A stretch of DNA of 64,000 nt from an uncultured virus (IMG/VR IMGVR_UViG_3300046454_000431) (Duplodnaviria; Heunggongvirae; Uroviricota; Caudoviricetes): IMG/VR virus record IMGVR_UViG_3300046454_000431; one strand, given 5' to 3'. The notes under the pieces are model-generated. The model was not told the DNA's origin. It saw nothing but the letters and a program-made list of their open reading frames with translations, and searched no databases. The translations under genes were made by a program, and so were the position numbers. Within the stretch, counting starts at the first letter, position 1; each line of letters opens with the position of its first letter. Of the stretch, positions 1 to 9,311 are shown piece by piece.

Positions 1-299
1 GTGGTCGAATTGAAGGTGTTGGTGTTGGCCGCGCCAGACTGGTTGGCGTTGACGGAGCGGACGCCGACGTTCTGGCTGCTGTTGATGCGGCTGTTGACGT
101 TGGAGTTGGAGCGCGAGGCCGAATTGGACTGGCTGGCCGACAGCGCGGTGTTGCGGTTGTTCTGGACGGGATCGGCAACAGCGGCGGAATTGGAGCGCGA
201 GTTGGAGATGCCCGTGCCGACGCCGATGGCGTTCTGCGCGAAGGCGCTGGTCGAAAGGACGCTCGCCACGACGGCGAGACTGATAACAAGCTTATTCAT
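1..299 (-). CDS. Exported Asn/Ser-rich protein (partial, runs off the left end)
   Basis: Not in the ORF track. The minus strand reads MNKLVISLAVVASVLSTSAFA-QNAIGVGTGISNSRSNS..., a signal peptide with an AFA cleavage site, with an AGGAG RBS upstream. Confidence 0.7.
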   Translation of the reverse strand, partial: MNKLVISLAVVASVLSTSAFAQNAIGVGTGISNSRSNSAAVADPVQNNRNTALSASQSNSASRSNSNVNSRINSSQNVGVRSVNANQSGAANTNTFNST

Positions 300-377
300 G
301 CTGCGTGTTCTCCTGTGGGCGTTTCTGGCATGTGCGACCAGATCACGATTTTGGTGGGTTGTAAAGTAGACTTCAGC

Positions 378-566
378 TTATTTTTGGTCCGACTTGCTTT
401 TTCCAGTAAAATCGGGCCATTTCCGCAGATCGCGGCGCATGTAGCACCGCAAGAAGGCCATGCCTTCGTAGTCATCCCCAGTTTCCATTACAGCATACTG
501 AATCGCTGCCAACGGATCTGAAAACCTGTCGTCCTGTTCTATTACGGTGCTTTCCTTATCGCACAA
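378..566 (-). CDS. Hypothetical phage protein
   Basis: Overlaps the end of 542..793 in a leftward operon. Confidence 0.5.
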   Translation of the reverse strand: MCDKESTVIEQDDRFSDPLAAIQYAVMETGDDYEGMAFLRCYMRRDLRKWPDFTGKSKSDQK

Positions 567-793
567 TTTGCTTCATCCCTTCTCTTTTTATACGCATCGC
601 GCTTGTCACGCTGACGCTTCCACGCCGCTTCGTCATGGTTGCTGATGTTCGCTCGACCGATCACGCCTTTCGGAATTTTGGAGTAGGCGAGCATGCGGCA
701 AAAGCGGCTGCTCAATTGGAGGGAGGTGAGATCGCCCAGGACGCCGTTCATGGCGTCGAGCAGGGCTTCATTCTTATTGGAGCGGGCCTTCAC
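542..793 (-). CDS. Hypothetical phage protein
   Basis: Start overlaps the stop of 790..1104. Confidence 0.5.
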   Translation of the reverse strand: MKARSNKNEALLDAMNGVLGDLTSLQLSSRFCRMLAYSKIPKGVIGRANISNHDEAAWKRQRDKRDAYKKRRDEANCAIRKAP

Positions 794-1104
794 GCAGTCT
801 TTCCCATAACTTGAGCCACAGCTTCAACCAAGGCGTCAGTCATGGCTTTTTCGTGTGCGGTCACGGCTTCGTTAAAGAAAGTGACGTTGGCCTCGATGGC
901 GTCCGAAATGAGCTTGATCATTGTGGAGCGGGAGGCTTCAGGCTGGCGCGCGATGAACTCGGACTGGATGAAGACCAGGGCGTTCAACACCGTTTGCGTG
1001 TCTTGTCCAGAAAGGACTTCCGCTATTTTTGCGGCAAGGCCGGCGGCATTAGAGGCGTCTTCACTGGCGACGCATGATTCGAGCTTAAATCTTTCGTTCT
1101 GCAT
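790..1104 (-). CDS. Hypothetical helical protein
   Basis: AAGGTG RBS and a TTGACA promoter upstream. Confidence 0.6.
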   Translation of the reverse strand: MQNERFKLESCVASEDASNAAGLAAKIAEVLSGQDTQTVLNALVFIQSEFIARQPEASRSTMIKLISDAIEANVTFFNEAVTAHEKAMTDALVEAVAQVMGKTA

Positions 1105-1137
1105 TAATCACCTTGTGCGGTTCGTTTCGACCTTCAA

Positions 1138-1167
1138 AAGCTACGACAAGCGAATACGACCTGTCAA
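1138..1167 (-). promoter_or_regulatory. Leftward sigma70-type promoter with CGAATACG box
   Basis: TTGACA on the minus strand at 1162-1167; 8-bp box at 1151-1158; weak -10. Confidence 0.5.
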
Positions 1168-1170
1168 CCA

Positions 1171-1518
1171 TCAATCGAGCTTAAATTCCGAAATAAACGC
1201 TTTCACCTCGTCGGGAGTGCGGGCGATCCGATAAATGCCGCCGTTTTCCTCCCAAAAGGTCTGGAAGCCTTTTTGATTGTCGGACTGGCGCCCGGTTTTG
1301 GGGATTTTCAATTCGAGGGCGAGCGGCCTGCATCGTGAGAGCACGATGATGTCGGCCACGCCAGACCGCACACCCATCTGTTTAAGACGGGCGGCGGTCA
1401 CTTTGTCGCGCTTTCCCCCATTTGGCACATGAAACCACACCGTTTTGCGGCAGGCTTCGCTGAACAGCAGGGCGGCATGCATCTGGAAGGAGTCTTCGTC
1501 GTAGCCTCTCAACGTCAA
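1171..1518 (-). CDS. VRR-NUC domain PD-(D/E)xK nuclease (resolvase-like)
   Basis: Motifs FHVPNGG, LKQMGVRSGVADI, LELK and QSDNQ. Confidence 0.85.
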   Translation of the reverse strand: MTLRGYDEDSFQMHAALLFSEACRKTVWFHVPNGGKRDKVTAARLKQMGVRSGVADIIVLSRCRPLALELKIPKTGRQSDNQKGFQTFWEENGGIYRIARTPDEVKAFISEFKLD

Positions 1519-1766
1519 CCTCGTTTCGAAAGAAACTCATCGACCGCCGTCTGGATGACGTGCGACACGCTCTCGAAACCAGGTTCGTTGCGCCAGATTA
1601 AGTGTAGCTTGTCTCGCGCTCGCGGGTCAAGGCGGACCGTGACTACGACTTTCGCCGGCGACTGCGGCGTGAAGACGGGAACAGGCTTTTCCTTCTTTAC
1701 CTTTTTCGTCGGCACAAAGCGTGGCATTTTCATGGTTTTCATTTTTGGCTGATCCTTGGCTTGCAT
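1515..1766 (-). CDS. Ribbon-helix-helix (Arc/CopG-like) DNA-binding protein
   Basis: VVVTVRLD strand followed by two helices (SVSHVIQTAVDEFL). Confidence 0.6.
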   Translation of the reverse strand: MQAKDQPKMKTMKMPRFVPTKKVKKEKPVPVFTPQSPAKVVVTVRLDPRARDKLHLIWRNEPGFESVSHVIQTAVDEFLSKRG

Positions 1767-1773
1767 TTCGCGG

Positions 1774-1803
1774 AGTATGGGGGCAACGTATACGTCCCGT
1801 CAA
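1774..1803 (-). promoter_or_regulatory. Promoter of the RHH gene containing the perfect palindrome CGTATACG
   Basis: TTGACG-N18-CATACT on the minus strand; palindrome at 1787-1794. Confidence 0.55.
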
Positions 1804-1821
1804 GACATCACGAGGATCTCT

Positions 1822-3255
1822 GTGACCGAAACGCTCTCCGAACAAATTTTAACTCCCACCCTTCGTCCCCATCAGCTAGAAGCCGTTGATACTCTCGCCA
1901 ACTCCCAGGAAATAACAGCATACGCCGAAATGTCGGTCGCCTCCGGAAAATCGCTCGTCATGGCGAAATTGGGCGAGCGGGCGCTTGCCAACACCCGCGT
2001 CGTAATTATCGCGCACACGGAAGAACTGGTGAAGCAGGACGCCGCCGCCTGCCGGTGGATCGGCCAGGATCCGGCCATCTGTAGCGCCGGCCTTAACGAA
2101 ATGAGGACTGATGGCCGGCTTACCGTCGGCACTATCGGCACTATTGCGAATCGGCTCGATCATTTCAGGGATGTCGGCCTGGTCATCATCGACGAGATCC
2201 ACCGCGCCCGTATGACGCCATATAAAGATGGCACGGTATCAGAATATCTGAAGGTGCAGCAGGCGCTGCCGCAAGCCTGGTTTCGCGGCGTCACCGCCAC
2301 CGGCTGGCGCGAGGATGGCACCGGATCGCTCAAAAATACGTTCGGCCCCTGCCTCTACGAATACGGTTTCCTGAAAGCCCTTGAGGATGGTTTCGTCAAG
2401 ATGCTGCGCGCGGTCGCCGCCGACGCCCCCGACATCGACACCAAAGGCTTGAAGGTCAACTCCCTGGGCGAATGGGGCGGGCAGGAACTGACCCATCGCG
2501 GCGTAGCGTTGGCGCCGCTCCATGTCGCGAGCCTGGTCAAGGTCATGCGCGAGGAAGAGCGGACCAGGTGCCTGATCTTTGCGTGTGACATCGAGCATGC
2601 GAATGTGCTGGAGCGCGAATACAGAAAGCTGGGCATCGACGCACGGGCCGTCCACACCGGCGTCGGCGGTCGCGTCGAAAATGTCGAGGCTTTTCGCAGG
2701 GGCGAATTTCCCGTCATGATCTCGGTCGCCATGTTTAATACGGGGTTCGATGTCCCCGATATTGACATGATGGGCTTCTGCCGCCCGATGAAATCCAGTT
2801 TGCTTTATGCACAATCCCTGGGGCGCGGCGCTCGCCTGTCCGAATACGCCGATGATTGCGCCGTGGTTGATTTTGGCGGCAACATCATTCGGCACGGCGC
2901 CCTTGATATGATCGAGCCGCCGAAACAGCGGGCGCCGAGCGGCGGGAAGCCTGAAGAGGAAAGAGAAAAACTGCCGGCGATGAAGCGGGCCGTCGGCGGC
3001 GATCTGCGCAATGCCGCAAAGGAGGGCGTATTACTATCAAATCAGGGCAAACCGCAGTGGACGAAGCCAAACGGCGTCCCGATCTTTCTGCCGCAGCGCG
3101 GTTTTTGGATCGTCCCGACAAAGCTCGGCAAGGCGCGCTGGTTCTCGCGCGCTTATCCAAACGACGTCGAGCACCTTTATTGCGAGTATAGGGGAAAATA
3201 CGGCTGGACGGCGCGCGGCGCTGTCGATAATGTGGGCATCCTTCACAAAGCGTGA
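1822..3255 (+). CDS. Superfamily 2 DExH helicase
   Basis: Walker A variant SVASGKS, DEIH, TAT, TGFDVP and QSLGRGAR. GTG start chosen from the GAGGA RBS (track start 1756). Confidence 0.9.
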   Translation: MTETLSEQILTPTLRPHQLEAVDTLANSQEITAYAEMSVASGKSLVMAKLGERALANTRVVIIAHTEELVKQDAAACRWIGQDPAICSAGLNEMRTDGRLTVGTIGTIANRLDHFRDVGLVIIDEIHRARMTPYKDGTVSEYLKVQQALPQAWFRGVTATGWREDGTGSLKNTFGPCLYEYGFLKALEDGFVKMLRAVAADAPDIDTKGLKVNSLGEWGGQELTHRGVALAPLHVASLVKVMREEERTRCLIFACDIEHANVLEREYRKLGIDARAVHTGVGGRVENVEAFRRGEFPVMISVAMFNTGFDVPDIDMMGFCRPMKSSLLYAQSLGRGARLSEYADDCAVVDFGGNIIRHGALDMIEPPKQRAPSGGKPEEEREKLPAMKRAVGGDLRNAAKEGVLLSNQGKPQWTKPNGVPIFLPQRGFWIVPTKLGKARWFSRAYPNDVEHLYCEYRGKYGWTARGAVDNVGILHKA

Positions 3256-3284
3256 AACAACCGAATACAGAAAAGGGCTATAAA

Positions 3285-3875
3285 ATGGGTAAATTTACAA
3301 TTTCTGGCATCACGAAGCCGGGTGACAGCTTTCTTTTCGAGAGCGACAATCTCAATGAAGTTCTCGACGCCATCGACATCATGCGCGGTTCTGTGACTGC
3401 CAGTGAGCGTGAACAGCTTGCTGCGGCTGGCGCCTTCGAACCGCCTGCGCAACAGGCCCAGCAGACCTACCAGGCTTCGACCCAGCAGGCTCAGGCTGCT
3501 CCTACCGCTCCTGCCGAACCGCCGAAGCGCACCCGCACCCGCAAGGCCGCCGAGGCCCCGGCGCCCGTGCAGCCGCAGGATGCTCCCCAGACCCAGCAGC
3601 CGGCCAGCCCGTTCGCGAACGCCAATGCGCCCTTTGCGCCGGCGCCCGATCACACTTCGAACGGCGCCACCGAGCGGCCTGCGGTCGTCAAGTTGAAGAC
3701 GCATCTGGCTGCTCTCGCCGCCGCGCATGGCGAGGGCCAGGTCTATTCCTGGGCCATCCAGAACGCTTTCAACCTGCCGGTCGAGACGACCAAGGATGTC
3801 TTTCTCAACGAGAAGATCTACGGTTTCACCGACGACCGGCTTGAGGCGGCGTATCGCATGAGCGGCGGTCAGTAA
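3285..3875 (+). CDS. Ala/Pro/Gln-rich replication-module protein
   Basis: Lies between the helicase and the exonuclease; has a low-complexity central linker. Confidence 0.7.
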   Translation: MGKFTISGITKPGDSFLFESDNLNEVLDAIDIMRGSVTASEREQLAAAGAFEPPAQQAQQTYQASTQQAQAAPTAPAEPPKRTRTRKAAEAPAPVQPQDAPQTQQPASPFANANAPFAPAPDHTSNGATERPAVVKLKTHLAALAAAHGEGQVYSWAIQNAFNLPVETTKDVFLNEKIYGFTDDRLEAAYRMSGGQ

Positions 3876-3894
3876 TCACTGATCGCACGAATAG

Positions 3895-3924
3895 AGGGGG
3901 TCCATTCGTGCGGCCCCCTTTTTT
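3895..3924 (+). terminator. Intrinsic terminator with a competing upstream hairpin
   Basis: AGGGGGTC/GGCCCCCT stem followed by a T6 run. Confidence 0.7.
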
Positions 3925-3947
3925 AACATCCAAAAACAGGAAACCCC

Positions 3948-4949
3948 ATGTCAGCCCACGCCAATTTTGCGCCCTCGTCCGCCGCCAGGTGGCTCGAATG
4001 TCCCTTCAGCGCCATGATCAGCGCCACCCTCCCAAATCACGATAGCGACGCCTCCCGCGAGGGCACCCGCGTCCACACCCTGATCGAGAAGGCCATCGCC
4101 GGCGAACCGATCCCCGAAAGTGAAGACGAGGACGTTGCTTACGGCATCGAAATGGTGCTCGATTTTGTCAATCAACTCGGCGGTCTGAAGACCGTTTTGG
4201 CCGAGCAGAAAGTACACCTGTCGAAAGACGTGTGGGGGACCGTCGATATCTTACAGCCCGATCCTTACGTCACGACCCTCCTGGACTATAAAAACGGCCA
4301 GATGGACGTCGCCGCCGACCGCAACATGCAGTTGATGACCTATGCGGCGGCGACGCTTGAAGAGAAGGGGCCTTCGAAGTTTTACCGCCTGGTGATCGTG
4401 CAGCCGAACAGCCGCACCGCCGGCGATCAGCGCGATGTCAAGCAGAGCCTGGTTCCGCTCGCCCTGGTCGAGGAACATCGTGAAAAGGTGCTGGCGGCGG
4501 TCGAGCGCGGCATGCACGGCGAGGGGCCGAAGCCTGGCCGGCATTGCCGCTACTGCTCGGCCTTTGGCAACTGCGAAGCCACGCAGCAGATGTTGCCTTT
4601 CATCATGACGGCGGTCCGGATGCTGCCGCACGAGATCCCCAACGCCACCGCCGTCCGCATGCTGACCGTGCTCCGGGGCCTGGAAGACATGCGCAAGGCC
4701 CTGGAGAAGGATATCGTCACCCGATTCGCTTCCGGCCAGCAGGTGCCCGGCGCCCAAATGGGCATGACCTCGACCCATCGCAAATGGGGCGACGACCGCA
4801 TGGCGGTCGAGAAGCTGATCGCAGCCTATGGCCTGAACGGCGTCGATCCGATCAGCCCGGCCCAGGCCGAGAAAATGGGTTCAGCCGGCGTGGAGTTAGC
4901 GAAGACGCTGGCCTTCAAGCCCACGGGAAGCCCCAAACTGATTTATTGA
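3948..4949 (+). CDS. Cas4-like PD-(D/E)xK exonuclease (DUF2800-like)
   Basis: HANFAPSSAARWLECP, GTRVH, GTVD, DYKNG, QLMTYA and HCRYC..C (Fe-S-type cysteines). Confidence 0.85.
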   Translation: MSAHANFAPSSAARWLECPFSAMISATLPNHDSDASREGTRVHTLIEKAIAGEPIPESEDEDVAYGIEMVLDFVNQLGGLKTVLAEQKVHLSKDVWGTVDILQPDPYVTTLLDYKNGQMDVAADRNMQLMTYAAATLEEKGPSKFYRLVIVQPNSRTAGDQRDVKQSLVPLALVEEHREKVLAAVERGMHGEGPKPGRHCRYCSAFGNCEATQQMLPFIMTAVRMLPHEIPNATAVRMLTVLRGLEDMRKALEKDIVTRFASGQQVPGAQMGMTSTHRKWGDDRMAVEKLIAAYGLNGVDPISPAQAEKMGSAGVELAKTLAFKPTGSPKLIY

Positions 4950-4956
4950 TGGAGCA

Positions 4957-4986
4957 TTGACAGCCGAACACGCTCGTGCCAATCTA
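4957..4986 (+). promoter_or_regulatory. Promoter with CGAACACG box upstream of the SSB gene
   Basis: TTGACAgcCGAACACG, the same layout as the promoters at 10626, 13012 and 13685. Confidence 0.55.
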
Positions 4987-5043
4987 CGTGAGTAAATGTA
5001 AAGCGTAACCGTGCAACCAAGCAAACTGTGAAAGGGCGCCTCT

Positions 5044-5787
5044 ATGGCCCGCGAACTGCAAAAAGTCATCCTCATGAATGCCCAGCTTGTCTACACCAAT
5101 CGCCTGTACGAGGCAGAAACGGTGGACATGGCCGGCGCTCCGCTCAAAAAGCCAACCTGGTCTGTGAGCCTCCGCTATCCCAAAACCACCCAGAACTGGT
5201 TCGACGAGCCGCTGCTGTTGGCCCTCCGCAATGCCTGCGGCGTCATCAAGAGCCGCGAAATGGCTCACGTTCCTTTCGAGCGGATCGAGTTCCCCGTCAA
5301 AGACGGCTCCCTCCCCAACAAAAAGAACAAGATCCCGTCCTGGGCGAAGGATCACTGGATCATCCGCGCCAATACGACGATCAAGCGGCCTCTGGTCGAG
5401 CAGCGCGTCGATGGCGTCGTCACCCCGCTGGAGGCGATCCAGCTTGGCGGAACGCGCCTCTGGGGCGACGGCGACTACGCCGGCGTCGTCATGTCCGTCG
5501 CCAAGCGCATGACCGATGATATCGGCATCAAGTGCTATCTCCAGAGCGTCTGTTTCATGGCGCACGGCGAGCCTCTCAACACGGCGGGCGAACCCACTGA
5601 CTGGGATGTCGCGATCAGCCAGGCTGCGGAGCACGGCATCAACATCAAGGCCGACGCCCCCGGCTTCAATGCCGGTGGATTTCCGCCGGCCAGCAACGGC
5701 GCGGCGCCGCCCTTCGCTCCGTTCAATCCGACCGGTGGCCCGTCGCCGTTCAGCGGCGCCGGTCCCAAGGCCGCCGATCCCTTCTAA
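5044..5787 (+). CDS. Phage ssDNA-binding protein (DUF2815 / T7 gp2.5-like)
   Basis: FPVKDG and GIKCYLQSVCF...GEPL motifs; flexible tail ending in DPF; position between exonuclease and PolA. Confidence 0.75.
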   Translation: MARELQKVILMNAQLVYTNRLYEAETVDMAGAPLKKPTWSVSLRYPKTTQNWFDEPLLLALRNACGVIKSREMAHVPFERIEFPVKDGSLPNKKNKIPSWAKDHWIIRANTTIKRPLVEQRVDGVVTPLEAIQLGGTRLWGDGDYAGVVMSVAKRMTDDIGIKCYLQSVCFMAHGEPLNTAGEPTDWDVAISQAAEHGINIKADAPGFNAGGFPPASNGAAPPFAPFNPTGGPSPFSGAGPKAADPF

Positions 5788-5810
5788 AATCAAAACCCAA
5801 TCAAAAAGAT

Positions 5811-5836
5811 GCCCCAGCGTTCGCGCTGGGGTTTCT
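5811..5836. terminator. Hairpin with UUCG loop, probable terminator
   Basis: GCCCCAGCG-TTCG-CGCTGGGGT. Confidence 0.6.
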
Positions 5837-5859
5837 AACTGCGCCCGGAGCTACCCAAA

Positions 5860-6651
5860 ATGCGCCTGCATCAACTCCTAGACTTCAAGAACCAACTGCC
5901 TGCTGTTGTTAGCAATTGGTTCTTGAAGTTCGGACCTGACGTGAAGCAATTCTACTTTGGGGATATCATGTCGATCTCTGGAGACGAGTGGGTCGATCTA
6001 CAGAATTACGCCGTTGATCTAGTTGCGTTAGGAAAATTTCAGCTTCCCTTTGAGCATGTGTCATACGCTTATGAGTGTGGCGCCATGCAGATTTTGGGCT
6101 GCTTGGAGTTTAAGAACAATGCGTTTCGTATTGCATTGGCTCGAATGTGGAAAGATGAAATAGGCCGAGCCGCCGTATTTAGTCATTATGCAATAGAAGA
6201 TCTGGAATGCTCTAAGGAAATTAAGGGTGTTGGTTGCAAATTACGCGACATAGCTTGTTACCCACCGGTTGAAACAAAAGATCAAGCGACGGAAGCGATT
6301 GAAGACGCGCGCGATCACATGCTCGCGTTCATGGCCCTGACCGTCATGCTGTCGGCCAAAGGCGTCGGGGTTGAAGTCATCCCTGCGCCAGAGAAATTGA
6401 ACAAGTGCCGAGCCAAAAAAGGGCGCCCGCCGATCAGTGAAATCCGCACTGTCCACATCCGCATTGGCGGCGAAAAATACACTTTCGCCGGCGAGCGACA
6501 CGGGCACCACGCCTCTCCCAGGCTGCACTGGCGTCGCGGCCACATTCGCCGCCTGCCTTCCGGTGGCATCACTAATGTTGTGCCGTGCCTCGTCGGAAAT
6601 GCGGAGCGCGGCGTCGTCAAGCACGACTACGACGTGAGGGTCAAGCACTAA
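5860..6651 (+). CDS. Phage protein with C-terminal SPRLHWRRGHIR motif
   Basis: HxRRGHxR basic motif seen in uncharacterised phage proteins; the 5' half is visibly AT-richer than its flanks. Confidence 0.7.
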   Translation: MRLHQLLDFKNQLPAVVSNWFLKFGPDVKQFYFGDIMSISGDEWVDLQNYAVDLVALGKFQLPFEHVSYAYECGAMQILGCLEFKNNAFRIALARMWKDEIGRAAVFSHYAIEDLECSKEIKGVGCKLRDIACYPPVETKDQATEAIEDARDHMLAFMALTVMLSAKGVGVEVIPAPEKLNKCRAKKGRPPISEIRTVHIRIGGEKYTFAGERHGHHASPRLHWRRGHIRRLPSGGITNVVPCLVGNAERGVVKHDYDVRVKH

Positions 6652-7070
6652 TGGGCGGCAGACGCAGAACAGACGGCGATACGTGCGCCCCTTTGGAAGC
6701 ATCGACCATTCGTCTTTTACACCGCAAGATTTTCTTTGCGCTTTACCACTATGGCCCCATGACCGCGCTGCCTGCTTCTCTGGCGGTTGGGAAAACTGAA
6801 CAGACCGTCACTACTCGTTTTGAAGAAATGCTTAAACGTGGCCTCGCTACTAATGCTGGAAAGGCAAAAAATTTGTTTACGAACAGATCTGCCATCGTGC
6901 GAAAACTTGTCATGGGTCACCCCACCATCCCAACCAGCTTTGCTGAATTTATGACCATGTCAAAGGAATATCGCGCGATCAATCGCGAAGACCGGGAAGC
7001 CTTCCGCGCCGTGTTACGCGGCATGCTTGATGAACTCGATAAATTTGATCAACTGGACGAGGGAAAATGA
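6651..7070 (+). CDS. Possible winged-HTH protein
   Basis: TAATG coupling; GPMT...TVTTRFEEMLKRGL pattern. Confidence 0.55.
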   Translation: MGGRRRTDGDTCAPLEASTIRLLHRKIFFALYHYGPMTALPASLAVGKTEQTVTTRFEEMLKRGLATNAGKAKNLFTNRSAIVRKLVMGHPTIPTSFAEFMTMSKEYRAINREDREAFRAVLRGMLDELDKFDQLDEGK

Positions 7071-7351
7071 CAGACAATCGCGGAGGAACCAGCGGACCAG
7101 GAAAATGGGGTCCGGAAGAGAAAGAATCGGCGGCGAAACAGCGCCGGCGGGTCTGGATGATCATGATCGATTGGGAGTGGCACACCCTCTCCGAATTGCA
7201 CATCCTGACCGGCGATCCGGAGGCGTCCGTTTCTGCGCGCCTTCGCGATCTGCGCAAGAAGAAATTCGGCGGATATGACGTGCTGCGCAGGCGTGTTTTG
7301 GGCTTGAAGATTTACGAATATCGTGTGGTCGAGCCAGCAGGTGGCGCGTGA
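7067..7351 (+). CDS. Winged-HTH DNA-binding protein
   Basis: WHTLSEL...EASVSARLRDLRK...YEYR. Confidence 0.7.
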   Translation: MTDNRGGTSGPGKWGPEEKESAAKQRRRVWMIMIDWEWHTLSELHILTGDPEASVSARLRDLRKKKFGGYDVLRRRVLGLKIYEYRVVEPAGGA

Positions 7352-9303
7352 AAAAGCTCTACGTCGATGTCGAAACCCGCTCTAGGGTTGAACTGGGCGA
7401 CGCCGGCTCCCGCCGGTATGCCGCCGATCCTTCGACCATGGTCACCACGGCGGCGTGGAAATGGGCGGCGCCGAAGGGCGCCTTTTCGCCGGCGATGACC
7501 GCCTGTAACGTCCCCAGCCTTGCCGGCATGGGGCGGGCCTCGATGGCCGAATTTACCAAGGCCCTGGGCGAGGCCGACACCATCGTCGCCCATCACATCA
7601 ATTTCGACGTCAATGTGATTGCGAAGACGCTCGGCCCCTGCGGCATGCGGCTGGAGCAATTCGACTGCACGATGGCGCGCGCCCAGCGCATGAGCCTCCC
7701 TGGCGGGCTGGACGAGCTATGCCGCGCGCTCGGCGTCCAGGGCAAGACCGTCGGCGGGCGCAAGTTCGTCATGGCGACCTGCAAGCCTAAGCGCGACGGC
7801 TCGTGGAACGAGGATCCGGAAGTCTTTCGACACCTGATCGATTACAACGCCCAGGATATCCACTGCCTTGAGAGCGTCGATGAAATCCTGCCGCCGCTGC
7901 CGCCAGAGGAAATGGCGATCTGGCGGCGAACCTGGTGGAAAAACGCTCGCGGGTTGCCGCTCGATCTGGAGCTATGTCACCGAATCGCGGCCAAGAAGGC
8001 CGAGATCGAGCGCGAGATCGCCGGCGAGCTATTTGAGATCACCGGCGGCGCCGTCACCGCCCTGACCCAGCGCGCGCGGATCCTGACCTGGCTCAAGACG
8101 CAGGGCGTCGATATCGGCAACACCCAGCGCGCGACGCTCGAAACCTGGCTCGATCTGGAAACGCTGCCATTTTCCGCCTGGCGGATCCTGACGTATCTTT
8201 TCGACAGCGGAGGCTCGGCGCCGACCAAGGCCCAGGCTTTGCTCGACCGGCAGGTCAACGGCCTGTTTCAGGACGCCACCCGCTATTTCGGCGCTCGATC
8301 CGGACGAGGGACGTCCGAGGGCGTCAATATGTTCAACATCGCCCGGCCATCAGGCAAATACGACACCGAGACGGTGATCGCGCGGCTGAAAGCGGAGCCA
8401 AACGGCGTCTTCACCAACACCGAGCTATCGGACGTCCTGCGCGGCGCCATTGTTGCTCCACAGGGCGACGTGGTGATCGACGCCGATCTGTCCAACATCG
8501 AGCTACGCCTGTCGCTGTGGTTCGCCGGCGATCAGGCCAAGCTGGACCTGCTCGCCAAGGGAGACGACCTTTACGCCAAAACCGCCGGCAATTCGATGGG
8601 GGTTCCGGGATTGACTAAAAACAGCCATCCCAAAGAGCGCCAGGCCTACAAAAAAGTGGTGCTGTCGGGCGGCTACGGGATCGGCATCGACAAGCTTTTC
8701 CGCACCTTCAAGGTCGATAAAGACCTGCCCTACGAGTACAGGCGCGACATCACCTATGATCAGGTCGCCGCGATCCACCGAGGCTATCGGGCCGATAATG
8801 TCCCTCTGCAAAAATCCTGGTACGCCCTGGGCGACGCCATGAAGCTGGCCCTGCGCGAGCGCGGGCGGGTGATCGAGGTCTGCGACGGCAAGATCGCCTT
8901 TCTCTATCGCGGCGCCGAGGATGTCATGGCCCTGCGCCTGCCGTCGGGCCGGGTGATCCCACACTATAAGCCTCACCTCGACGAAGAGGGCCAGCTATGC
9001 TTCTGGAGGGCGAAATACGGGCGCATGATGAAATGCCGCACCTGGGGTGGCGCGCTGATGGAGATTGCCTGCCAGAGCGCGGCGCGCGACGTCCTGGTGG
9101 CTGTCGAAGCTGGCATCGAGCAGGAGCTTCCCGACGTGCGCCTGATCCTCGACATCTACGACAGCGTGGTCGCCCTGGCGCCCAAGGCGGTCGCCCAGCA
9201 GCGATTGGATCACATCTTAACCATCATGCGGCGGACGCCGGCTTGGGCTGTCGGCCTGCCCCTGAACGCTGAGGGCATGATCGCGGCGAGGATGCAAAAA
9301 TGA
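7348..9303 (+). CDS. polA: Family A DNA polymerase with 3'-5' exonuclease domain (atypical motifs)
   Basis: ExoI DVETRS, ExoIII YNAQD, motif A DLSNIELR, motif B RQAYKKVVLSGGYG, motif C variant IYDS. Confidence 0.9.
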   Translation: MKKLYVDVETRSRVELGDAGSRRYAADPSTMVTTAAWKWAAPKGAFSPAMTACNVPSLAGMGRASMAEFTKALGEADTIVAHHINFDVNVIAKTLGPCGMRLEQFDCTMARAQRMSLPGGLDELCRALGVQGKTVGGRKFVMATCKPKRDGSWNEDPEVFRHLIDYNAQDIHCLESVDEILPPLPPEEMAIWRRTWWKNARGLPLDLELCHRIAAKKAEIEREIAGELFEITGGAVTALTQRARILTWLKTQGVDIGNTQRATLETWLDLETLPFSAWRILTYLFDSGGSAPTKAQALLDRQVNGLFQDATRYFGARSGRGTSEGVNMFNIARPSGKYDTETVIARLKAEPNGVFTNTELSDVLRGAIVAPQGDVVIDADLSNIELRLSLWFAGDQAKLDLLAKGDDLYAKTAGNSMGVPGLTKNSHPKERQAYKKVVLSGGYGIGIDKLFRTFKVDKDLPYEYRRDITYDQVAAIHRGYRADNVPLQKSWYALGDAMKLALRERGRVIEVCDGKIAFLYRGAEDVMALRLPSGRVIPHYKPHLDEEGQLCFWRAKYGRMMKCRTWGGALMEIACQSAARDVLVAVEAGIEQELPDVRLILDIYDSVVALAPKAVAQQRLDHILTIMRRTPAWAVGLPLNAEGMIAARMQK

Positions 9304-9311
9304 GGATTAAT

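Noticed and set aside
3948..4949. Cas4-like gene as part of a CRISPR system
   Set aside because: It sits in the standard phage exonuclease-SSB-PolA module, with no array or cas1/cas2.
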